NCBI GenBank assembly: GCA_030141605.1
Contig: JAQGDQ010002383.1
Location: 124,001-188,000 of the forward strand
Origin: Tubiluchus corallicola
Taxonomy: Eukaryota; Animalia; Priapulida
Reading direction: 5' to 3'
DNA: 64,000 nucleotides
Part shown: positions 24,338 through 35,660 of the stretch, piece by piece
Layout of the letters: each line of letters starts with the position of its first letter
Numbering within the stretch: position 1 is the stretch's first letter
The notes under the pieces: model-generated
What the model was told of the DNA's origin: nothing
Seen by the model: only the letters and a program-made list of their open reading frames with translations
Databases searched by the model: none
Program-made: the position numbers and the translations under genes

Positions 24338-25000
24338 CAGGGCCGGATTTTAATTTTGTAGGCCCCTGGGTTACAGATACATGAGGCTCCGGCCCCAGTG
24401 ACAATTAAAAAAAGCGTGAATGTTGGATTCTTCAAATCAGCTTATTCAAATTCTACAAAATAATGCCAACATTAGGCCCACGTAGATGGGTGAAAGTTTA
24501 ACACAACAAAAAGAGAAGAAATATTCTGATATTTACAAAATTAAAACATGGAATACATACGAATTACAATAAATTGTAATTTTGTCACAGGAGGTGACCT
24601 CAATTCCTCTAAAATTGTGTCATTGTAATCAGATTGCTAGTGTATTTGGCAGTATCAATGAGTTCAAATAATGAACAAGAAAACAATTTCAGTGTATTAT
24701 TACACAGTATATTAATGCATTCTCTAGCAACTTTTCACAGTAATTTACTTTCACTTAATTTCTGGAGGCCCCTCAACTGGCAAAGGCCCCTGGGCTGCAG
24801 CCCATAAAGCCCATGCTCTAGTAACTTTTCACAGTAATTTACTTTCAGAATCTCTGGAGGCCCCTCAACTGGCAAAGGCCCCTGGGATGCAGCCCATAAA
24901 GCCCATGCTCTAGTAACTTTTCACAGTAATTTACTTTCACTTAATTTCTGAAGGCCCCTCAGCTGGCGAAGGCCGCTGGGCTGCAGCCCATCTGGTACTG
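24338..25000. mobile_element. hAT-like MITE with internal tandem triplication (in GPCR intron 2B-3B)
   Basis: Starts CAGGGCCGGAT, ends ATCTGGTACTG; 8-bp TSD ttcaagac (24330-24337) / ttaaagac (25001-25008); about 90-bp unit repeated three times at about 24724-24990. Confidence 0.75.
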
Positions 25001-25353
25001 TTAAAGACAATTAATGAGTTTTGAGAACTCAGCTGATTCACGGCTGTTTCAACTAGAAAATGCTCACTAAGCAGCATTAGGTTTTATACTGTACTGTGTT
25101 ATACTAGCTTTAAAAATCTTTGCATGTTTGTTAGAGATTTCGTCGTCTTTAATATAACATCAATAATTGATTCATTAAACCACCATGCATCGTCTCCCAA
25201 AAGACAGTCACCAAACTAATTTTCTTACTTATTTAATCGTTGGTAAAGAGCAAACATGACTGACTTATTCCTTATTCATTATATTAAACACTTACTGATT
25301 AATAAGACCAGATTTCAAAAGCAAGCCTCCCTTGCTCGTGTGTATTTGCTTAC

Positions 25354-25453
25354 CTCTCTACAGATATGGTAGCCAGTGTGTTCACGGAAGAGGAAACGGA
25401 AACAGCTTGAAGCCAGACAACTGTTTTGCACGCCCCATCCGAGAACGGATAAC
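25354..25453 (-). CDS. SIFaR: SIFaR-like GPCR, cassette B exon 2B (ECL1-TM3, ERY motif)
   Basis: Acceptor ttcttttaaag, donor AG|GTAAGC; 100 nt, phase 1-2; YPFSDGACKTVVWLQAVSVSSSVNTLATISVE(R). Confidence 0.9.
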
Positions 25454-25721
25454 CTTTAAAAGAAAGCTTGTGCTAGCAAACTAGAGTTTAGATCTATTAC
25501 TGTATTAGTAAGGTACTAATTATATCTTTTATTTATCATTACTAATTGTTTTGTCTGTATTCAGGTTTTGTGGTTTTCTGCCGAGGAAAGCGCCAGTGAT
25601 GCAAAGACGACAGATATATTTTATTCAAATTTGAAAGTAGCTAATGCAAGAAAACACTTTTCATAACAAAAGTTTAAAAAATCGTCTTGAAATTTTATAT
25701 CACTTACATGCTGATTGTAAA

Positions 25722-26226
25722 TTAAAGTACAAGAGAACACTCTTCATAAATAAAGCTTAAACATCGTCTTGAAAGGTCATATTGCTTACATACTGTCTTA
25801 TTGCATACAGGGCTTACGTTAACAGTAGCGCTGTATAGAGCTCGTAAATTTAAACTCCCGCGTTAGGCGCAGTCATTGTAATGTCAGTCGTTTGAAACAA
25901 ATTTAGATAACATCGCATAAAGTTCGAAAAAATAATCAGAGCATTTGTAACACGCTCCTCGCTAACTAAGCAAAAGTATAAATTGCTTTACATTATCAAT
26001 AAGATTAAAAATACGTTTTTGGTGAATCAGTGGTGCACGCTGGGATGGTGATGCAGTGCCATTCCACTAGTTGTCGCGAGCATTTAAAATTATTAAGAAA
26101 TTTCTTGTCTAGTTACATTTGTTTTTCAAACAGATAAGAATGATGCATACAGAAGTAATGTAACTTCATATCATGGAAAGTTCCTAGAGACATACTGTAC
26201 TTTAAAAACCGTTTTGATTCTCGTTA
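25722..26226 (-). mobile_element. Kolobok-like family 1, inverted copy
   Basis: Begins ttaaagtacaagagaac; reverse complement aligns with 21011-21510 and 43793-44165; partial end duplication at 25643-25713. Confidence 0.75.
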
Positions 26227-27029
26227 AAAAATTTATTATGAGGTTTTCGGTGACCGCATTGGTAATTTTATTTCATGATATGATATGATGTGATTAACAT
26301 GGTAATGTTATAGCAAAGAATGTTTTTTACTATAATGTTTACGAACTGTATTCTGTACAATAATAATTTGCTAATAAAACACGCTTCATTTCGTCAGTCA
26401 CAAAACAGTTCAGGTCGTGGCATCATCCTGAATTCTGTTTGTCAGCTAAATCGATCTAGATTCGCCCTGCGTTATGACTTTCACTTAACGCTACACAAAT
26501 AATTTACATATTTCATTATTGTTGTGACTAACCGACTGACTCAATACTATCTGAGGTTAATACAGCGCCCTTTTCGCCTAGAAATATACTGTTTTTTATT
26601 TTGTATTAATTTGCATTTAATAATGGATAAAGTTACGATGATTTTATGCATGAGATGAGTTTTCTTACTGCAGTTACAAATGTTTGCGGCCTAAAATGTT
26701 TCACTGTTTACCTGTGTTTGTCCTGCACCTCCTATTAACACCGTGTATTATTTGAAATTAATTAAGATTGAACAAAAGATGGCGCTTCTATCAAAGAATT
26801 GAAACTTGAGTAGTTTTGTTACGTTAACGCCAGTGACGCACTACAAGTCCTTTTTTGTAACTTTTGTCAGCAAACAATGATGAATTAAGAAAGAATAAAT
26901 GGCTTCCCATTCTTTGGGGCAAAAATCTTGTGCATATGTCATAGATAAGAAAAAAATTAAATGTTCAAGCAGAAAGTCAGTCTGTGTCACCAGAAAATCA
27001 TCGACTCTGCCAATCGGTTAGTAGATCAG

Positions 27030-27400
27030 CTAACCATCTACTTTTCAACCTGGTAATCGATGAACTGATCTCGAAAGTCGGTTCTCGATTTGGCTATGGG
27101 ATCGACGAATACCAAGTGGCTATAGTTGGTTTTACCGATGACCTAGTCCTAATCTCAGCCTCGAAACATGGCATGGGAGTTTTGTTGGAGACAGCCAATG
27201 GCTTCTTCACGAAACGAGGTATGACACTGAACGCCAACAAGTGCAAAGCCATGAAGCTAGTCAAGGCATACCAGCGAAAGGCTATGAAAGTGTTAATAGA
27301 GCACACATGGAAGATCTGCCAGACTCCTATTCCAATGCTGGGAGTCAGTGATACGTATAAATACCTGAGAATCCCCATGACTGCCAACCTGTCTAGTCAA
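27030..27400 (+). mobile_element. Fragment of an R2/NeSL-type (early-branching) non-LTR retrotransposon RT
   Basis: LLFNLVIDELI...VAIVGFTDDLVLIS...GMTLNANKC...YKYL; truncated on both sides. Confidence 0.75.
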
Positions 27401-29294
27401 CCAGCTGAGCAAATTTATTTATCAGAGAGTCCAAAGATATACCATTTGTGCTGGTGCAGCATGTAACCACTAGCGTGTGTAAAATTTAGAAAATCACGCT
27501 TAACTTCTGAGAAAACAAAACAATAATAACAGATATGAGATTAATACTGTTTCACTTTTATATTTCACAAATATGAACTTTCACTTCATAAACAATGACG
27601 TCAGGATTCGCCAGTTAAAATAATCCAATCCAGAAAAATGTGACACATTAATGATAAAACAGTATAGATCTTAAATGTACCACAAAAATACTGGTACTTA
27701 TGTAAGTGATTTCTAGTGATGTTGACTTTTCAGCAGTATCAGTCCTGCGTGACTTATAAATGAACAGTCAATCGCAAGGTACAATTATACGAGCTGTCAT
27801 AGAAGAAATAAACTGGGGAAATAAACCTGTTAAGCAGTAACTATGACATCAGCTACCGTTCTGTCGGTTTCTCCAATCATTGGCACCTAGTAAGAAAACT
27901 ACGTCTCTAGGAATGGCAACTTAACTTTATGATGCGTCCTTAAATGTCAATACCTTATTTTAAACTAAGTGTAAAGAAAGTGTATCAAAAAATGATGACA
28001 CTATTTGCAGCAAGATAGAAAACCAAAAATGGCAGACGGTAATAACTTTATAATTTTATAACTTTATAACCTAATTTTATAATATCAGCAGTCAATTGAC
28101 CAAGATACTCATAATGACGAAAGTTTAGTTCATACTTGATTTAATACTTTTTGCAAGCTATATTATTACTGTCTTGTGTAGGATCTAACTACAATGATAC
28201 AGAGCCATGTAGTAATGGTTTTTAATTCATTTGTTGCCAATTCCAAAACCAAGTACAACATCCGGACAAACTGCAGAGCTGATTCAGTCAAAAGAAGCTG
28301 GAAAGTATTGCAACTTTAGAATAGAGAATGCACATGAAATATTTCTTACTATCTCATGGTCACATCCCGTAGAGCAGACTAAAAATTATATCGTTAAGCA
28401 TAATCAATGAAAAACAGTGACAACATATGATACCACTAACATCAACATAGACCTAAATCAGACAGTGAGGGCAACTCAAAAAATACACTGGTCTTGAAAA
28501 TATAATTTTTCAGATTGCTTCAAACTCCATTGTGATTTATATCTTCCCTGATACCTGATAACTTAATAACAACATTCAAATATTGCACAAAGGTAACATC
28601 ACATTATATTAGATAGTGTAATATAACAGGCAGCTACAACATCGTAAAGATTGCTCATACTGCCAAGTGTTAACTAAACAGGCTACTAAACAAGCCTGCT
28701 CAATCCATCAGTTCATTTATTACAAGTACACTTCTATATTCCATACTCATTACACTAATGTGTACAATCATTTTCATTGTCAACTAACTTCAACCTAGGC
28801 AAGATCAGAAGACAATATTTGGTCACATGCTTGTCGCTACAAAATTTTCCAATCGTGAAGACAATAGCACAAGTTTCATTTGCTTTAAAATTGGTGCAAT
28901 AACATCTTTGAACTTGTGAATGTAATATAGCGTGTTTTATACAAATAGTCTGTGATTCACTTCATGACCAAGAGACCATCACAAAATTCGGCTCACATTC
29001 CAGTATCTGCAAATAGGATTATGACAAGTACACTATTTGGGAATAATTTAACAGATGTATTGGTAATCTTGGAAACTAGTCACCATTCGAGTTACAAAGC
29101 GAACACATCACACTTAGCCCGCACATTGTGCAGAAAAACGTTCTCTTGTAAATTTCTCTTCTGTTATTGTTGCTGGTAACAAAAAAGCAGCTCCGTCACA
29201 TGTAAGAAAAGTACCAAGTAGACGCCATCATGCACAACCATCAATGACACTAGCGACATGTGGAGCTGCTTTCAGAAACTCCTCTTCATTTTCT

Positions 29295-30030
29295 TCACAC
29301 ATCGTCTTTCAAAGTCGCCATACAGTAATCTACATGGGTCTGTTCAGAAACGATCCTCTGACTATTTACTGCAGATGTGGTATAGTGTCCTATCCTGTCT
29401 CCAGGATACTTCAGCTTCTTACAACAAGACCCACTCATCACTATGGCTTTGAACCCTTGCCTGTATTTTCGGTTTAAGTAGGCATAGATGCACGGATTAA
29501 TACAACTATTTGCAGTGGAAACCCACTGAAGGACGGGAACAGCGTGATTGACGTAACTTAGTGCCACGTCATCAAAACTGTTGAAGTAATAGCCGATGAA
29601 GATGGCGTACAAAGGTAGCCAAGAAATGGCGAAAATCAAGACTACCACCAGAAGCATTTTGATGACTTGGATCCGTTGGCGACGGACAATATTCTCATAC
29701 TCTCGAGCATCGCCGATTAAATCTCTTTTCCACACAGCCAAGAAAATGTTCATGTAACAAAAACTGATTGTTAAAAGTGGGGCAACATAGCAGAGGATGA
29801 AGACATTGAACAACAAATTCCACTTCATCGCGTGTTCGTACCCGTTCGGCCATTGTTCCATGCAGTAGCGTATGATTACTTGGCGATCTGCTGACGGATT
29901 ATCAGTTATTTGGAAAAAAGCAAACCATGGAATAAAAAACGCCCCGGCGCAAATCCAGATGGCAGCACAAGCTTTTCTAGCTGTCCTCAATGTCATCTGA
30001 AATTTCATTGGGTGGCAAATGGCAAAGTAT
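29295..30030 (-). CDS. SIFaR: SIFaR-like GPCR, cassette A exon 3A (ICL2 to C-terminus)
   Basis: Acceptor atttttccag, phase 2; YFAICHPMKFQMT...FIPW...CYVAPL...FAISWLPLY...ANSCINPCIYAYLNRKYR...SGSCC...KDDV-TGA. Confidence 0.92.
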
Positions 30031-30324
30031 CTGGAAAAATAACAATAAAGACAAAGTTATATGAAACTTGTTGGCTGATTGGAGTTGAACATATGTCAGA
30101 TATAGCGGGGTTTTAACAAAACGGAGACAGGCTAGGAAATAGATAGAAGGTAACTACAGTTAGCAAACACTGACTAAACTGAAAAAGTTAACAAAAAATG
30201 TCTGACCATTAAGTTGGATGTTGCTGATGACTTCATTCAATAAAACTATTTTCAATCCTGTAAGACGGCAACTTACTTTGCAAGACTACATTTACAAATG
30301 TCAGTGCCACTTTTGCAGGCTTAC

Positions 30325-30424
30325 CTATCAAGAGAAATTGCCACCAAAGTATACACAGATGTCGCCACCGACAAACCCTGAAGCCATGACACCAACTTGC
30401 ATGGTATCATGCCGAACTGATAAC
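30325..30424 (-). CDS. SIFaR: SIFaR-like GPCR, cassette A exon 2A (ECL1-TM3, DRY motif)
   Basis: Acceptor ttttgtattatag, donor AG|GTAAGC; 100 nt, phase 1-2; YQFGMIPCKLVSWLQGLSVATSVYTLVAISLD(R). Confidence 0.92.
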
Positions 30425-32159
30425 CTATAATACAAAACACTCATGTTATAATAATAAACTAACAAAAATATCATTATGCATAAAACGATTATGCATAATT
30501 ATACATAAATTATAACACTACATCAGCATAATTAATGTTAAACAATGCTAAACAATGTTAAACCCACAATAATTAATTAGCTATTGTCGTTGCTTATAGT
30601 TTTTGATCACATCAGTCAGTTAGGCACCTTCACAATAATTAATGTGTTTTAAAAAAATGTAAAACAAAAAGCAATTGTCACAATGCGATGTAATGTAAAA
30701 TTTATTTTAGTCGTAATTATAAGCACTGGGCAACTACATTACGACTGTAACAGTCAGTTACACAATAATAAGGCTTTCACAGTTTCGTTGTGCGCACGCG
30801 CAGTTGTTGTAGGTCGTAGGTTAAGTGTACCACAGCAACCCGTCGTATCTACAATCGTCACGTGACATGTGGGTAAAGTAAAGCCCAGTTCAGTAACGTC
30901 AGTGTTTTCGTGGACTTCACTTAACTGTGCAATAGTCTGTGCGGGATCTTGTTTGGGAACAAGAGAAAATGAATTAGAATTAATTACTAATCCAATAGCA
31001 TGGACTGCGAGGTGTGGTCAAGTGAACACAAATGCGTTGTCTGGTACATTTAACCTTTGACCTTTCCACGATCATCATCAATCGCTGGAACTGCGAAAAG
31101 GCTTATTAACTGACTGTACAAGCTACTGCTATTACTATAGCTAATGCTGCTATAACTGCTACATTACCATTGCTATATAATAAACTAATTATATTAATTA
31201 ATTAGCATAATTTAATTATTAGCAGTTTTCTGTATTAGTAATTATACCAATTAATCAGACCAACACTAGCAGTTAATTATCAGTATTATAATAATTCTCA
31301 ATTGTTAAAACCTAATAACACTTATTATTATTATAAGGCATAATAATTCCGTTTTGTGCAATACAACACACAATTTAACAATTGCAGACTTATCATCATC
31401 AAGTTTACAAAAATCATGGCATGTAAATTCCCTGCTCACAAATAAAAAATTAAACACAGTTAATCATGCTTTTGTGTTTAAATTAATTGTATTTGCGGGC
31501 GCTTAGAACTGCAAGAATGTGTTGGTGACATGCAGTCCACTGCACCTACATGCAGTTTACATGCAGACACGTGACATGCATGCGATAGTTGTTCTGAAAC
31601 GCATAATAATTAATATGACGTTGAACGTTGGAGGTCTGTTTAATTTCTCGCAGCTTCAAAATGAAGCCATTAATTAGGTCGTCATTGCAGCACGATAAGT
31701 GCTCGGTTCAGCTAGAGATAATGACTTATCTTCATTATGTTAGTACGATGTGACGAAAATTACGTGTTTATTAAGCGAAAAACCATCACGCATACCGTAG
31801 ATGTCAAAACCAGAAGTGCCCATTCTGAGAAAAGTAGGAAAAAATTATGGCAAATAATCATTTGCGGATGTCGTAGTAGCCAGTTAGTAAATGAATCAGC
31901 TACACATAGTGATGATAACTGTTTATTTGGTATAATACAAAATGTAAAGGCATAACAACTCTTTTTGCAGTAGAACTTGAGTAAACACTTTTGTATCCAA
32001 CTTATACCTGATGTAAAAACTATACAACTGATTATGTTATAAAGTCACAATGATTGTATGTTAATGCATGCCCAGTTGGTTAATGGAATAAGTAGCATAA
32101 ATATGAACAATTCTGACAATTTCTCAGTCAAAAAAGCTTTTGTCGTTTTAACTTTAACA

Positions 32160-32363
32160 CTCATAGCTAGTTTATTGGACAACAAGCGTATTTTCTGTTG
32201 GGAGGTTGCGGGTTCGATACTACGGTGGGGTAATACAAACACTTTTTACGTGGCACCTGCCTGGGTGGATTAACGATTCTGTAATGTAGCTGTAGTTGTT
32301 ATTTACAGCCGCTGATAAACGCCTAGTGTTGTCTATTGAGTTTAAAACCATCTTTAAATAAAG

Positions 32364-32446
<83 letters not shown>

Positions 32447-32483
32447 TATTACTATTATTATTACTATTATTATTATTATTATA

Positions 32484-32556
<73 letters not shown>
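32160..32556 (+). mobile_element. tRNA-derived SINE with expanded (TTA)n tail
   Basis: tagctagtt...ggttcgatac head; AATAAAg followed by about 190 bp of (TTA)n (32364-32556). Confidence 0.6.
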
Positions 32557-32557
<1 letters not shown>

Positions 32558-35419
32558 AAGAAAAGCAAGGCCCTCTAGGAAGTTGGGCTTATTTCAAAAA
32601 TGTTAGAAAGATTTAGTAATAAAATTGCTATAAGTGCTTCGTGTAATTAGTAAAATCTCCTTAAAATCGCGATCATTTCACGGTTGGGCGCTGCTATTTT
32701 TAAGGCCTGTTCTTCCCCTAATGACATCGTTCATCAAAAGCAGCCCACTCTTATTTGCCGTCAAAACTGTAAGTTTTCATAAAAAATTATACAGCTAATT
32801 TTTTGATATTTTTGTTCGAACATTAGGTATGCTGCAGAAGCTTGAATTAGTTTATGCAGCGCGTGCTTACGGAAACTTACGATGCGCTTACGAAAAGTCA
32901 CGAAGTCCACCAGTTACGCCACAATTTCAAGTGAACGGTGGCAACCACCGCGCCGGAAAATTTCAAATAAAGCGAAAGTAAAAATTAACTTTATGCTTTA
33001 TAGACAATTTTTGCAATTTTACTTCTTATATTTTTCTACATTTAGGTGATAGCAGTAAAATAAACCCAACATGCTAAGTGACTTGTCATTTCTTTAAAGA
33101 AAATAAGCCTAAAGGTAAAGACGAATGATGAAATATGCTTAGCTTTAGCAGGCAGCAACTTTCTTACACAAACTGTCACTAATAACATGTATTGTTATGG
33201 TCACAGCAGCCCCGAGCATTTCCTTTATTCGAGATTTAGTAAACTTCAGCGTTTCTTACGTCTGTTGAAAAGTGCAGATCGAAATCCATTACGCTTGTTT
33301 GATGCTTCAGCGGTGTGCCTTTTCTAATTCACTTATCAGTCTGAAGCAGCGGAAATAAATTATGAGGAAAAGTTTACGCGGTGTGACGACACAATTACAG
33401 AGTGAGTCCACAGAATGGTGATGCTGCGGTCAGTGATTCCCAGTCGTCCAAATATTTTTCTTGAAACAACCGGTGATTTTCACTGAGTTGGTTGTTCTGA
33501 GATGAGGGAAGCAGAACAGCCGAGTGGCCACGGCGTGTACTTCGCGAGCAAGGCTAAGCCACGCCAGGCAGATGAATCAATCACTTGTGACCGCTTGTGT
33601 TCCATACTCTCTCTTGGCGGTTTCATTGGCCATACGAACTGTGGATGTTTACGTTCGAAGACTAGACGATTTGAGTGCAGTGAGATGCAGCCCCAGCCGA
33701 TTCAGTCCAACCTCATCCTAGCAGGTTAACTTCGTAATGAGTCACAAGGTGCAGAACGGTATAAAAAATAAAATACTCTTGGTAAAATGGCAAAAGGCAA
33801 GAAGGTCTCAGCTGGCTTTGAACCAGGTGTCTTCAGGTACACAGGTACTGTTCTTGCTGTCATCGCGTAATTTTCGTTGATTTAAAAGTGAACTCGGTAG
33901 AACTGAGAAACTTTGGCCCACCTTACAGTGAGGAGCATTCCTTGGGGCATTCCTCATGGAACACATTGTTTTTTATGGCGCATTTCATACAGACGTCTCA
34001 TGTGGAAATCAGATAAAAAAGTTTGGGATTCGTGAAAACAGTACGGATAGCAATCGCAGCACGAGTGGACCATTTGTGTGGCAAGTTAACCCCGTAGTTT
34101 AAGAAAAAACGAAACCAAAACCAGGTTTTGTTTAATTTTCTGCATTCTGAGTAAAACGTTCAAATTTTTGATTTTTACAAAAACATTGGCCTATGAACGT
34201 TTTAAACTGAATTCACTTTTTTTAGGAATGGTAGCCTATTTAAAAATGTACAACATAAATATTATTTTTGCCTAAAAGAAACGTCAATATGTGTACTTAG
34301 TTATACTTATAAAGCTTTTTCATAATATATTTACTTTTAGTCTAAGTATCATGATGTAGCCAACATTGTTACAATTGTGTTTTTGAAAGCGTCATTTTCC
34401 TTGCGTCCTCAGTGTGAAGTGGGCCTTAGGAATTTATGTTCACCACGATCAGTGTTCTATTTTTTCGTTTTTGTAGTTGTTGCTATGGTCACGTTGTTGT
34501 CGTCATTGTCATCATCATCGTCATCGTCATCGGAGCCTTTCAGACGTTTAGACACTACAGAAAGCAACATCATTTATGGTGCTCTCAAACTACACATATT
34601 GGTAAAGGGGTAAAGTTGCACAGTTCACATCATGCCGAGATATTTTTGGTTTGAACTTGTCGTAAGTCGATAGATTGACGAACAAGAACGAAGACAACTC
34701 CTATAGAAAGCGAATACAGCCGCCAGCGGCAATCTAGGATAAATATCCCCTTGGAATCACTTAAGCGAGCGCCGAAGTAACGCGCTCAGTAATATTTATT
34801 TTGGGCAATACATTTTAGCTTGTAATTAGCTGTTTCAAAAATGCCATCTGCAATCGTAATATAAGATAATACTGTAATTAAAAATGTAACATACGTATTT
34901 TGTGGAATACGTATACATTAGTGCTGGATCCTGCATGCAATAGCCGCTGCTACAAAGTATGAGAAGCATTTTCATGCACTAATTTAAAAATGTGGTAAAG
35001 GCATGCTTATTATTCGTAATATATAATGCAGTGCCAGTGCTATACATGTATAAATAACAACCAAACGTACCCATTGCAGCAGAAAGCGGTAACTTGCAGA
35101 CGGTGTACAACCATAATCTCATTGTCCAGGTAAAATAAAAAAAATCTGGAGCCATCCACAAACGCACGTCGAACAGCAATAAAAACCGAGGGTAGAAAAA
35201 AGGAATGCAAACCAAAGCAATAGAAAGCACATAAGCACGAAACAGGTGCGAGCCACAACATCTAGATTAAAATGCGAAAAATTGTAGCATGTTCTGAAAA
35301 ACTTGTAGGGGCTTTGTGACAGATATTTAACTATGGTGCAGGCTGTGTGTTTTTGCACCATCACAATTTTAAAAAGATGTAAAATAACCACATTTTAAAG
35401 TATATCACACTTAATACGC

Positions 35420-35660
35420 AGGATACAAACGGAGGTGTACCACAAGGATCCACTGTAGGACAACTGCTTTTTCTTAGCTACATCAATGATCTCTTTCTTA
35501 TTACTGATTTCAGTACATATCTTTTTGCTGATGACAGACCCCTTAATCAAATCCATCCACTAATTCATTTCAGTTCCAACATCACAATAACAGAGAGCTA
35601 ACTGGATAGAAGCATACAAATTATCAGCTAATTACACCAAAATTAAATATATGATACTAA
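35420..35660 (+). mobile_element. CR1/L2-type LINE RT fragment
   Basis: Translates to GVPQGSTVGQLLFLSYINDL...YLFADD, later NYTKIKYMI; degenerate. Confidence 0.8.

Noticed and set aside
25454-29294. A separate first exon (TM1-TM2) for cassette B
   Set aside because: No minus-strand ORF with GN/NLAxxD motifs found by eye or in the ORF track; the region holds MITE, RT fragment and UTR-like sequence.
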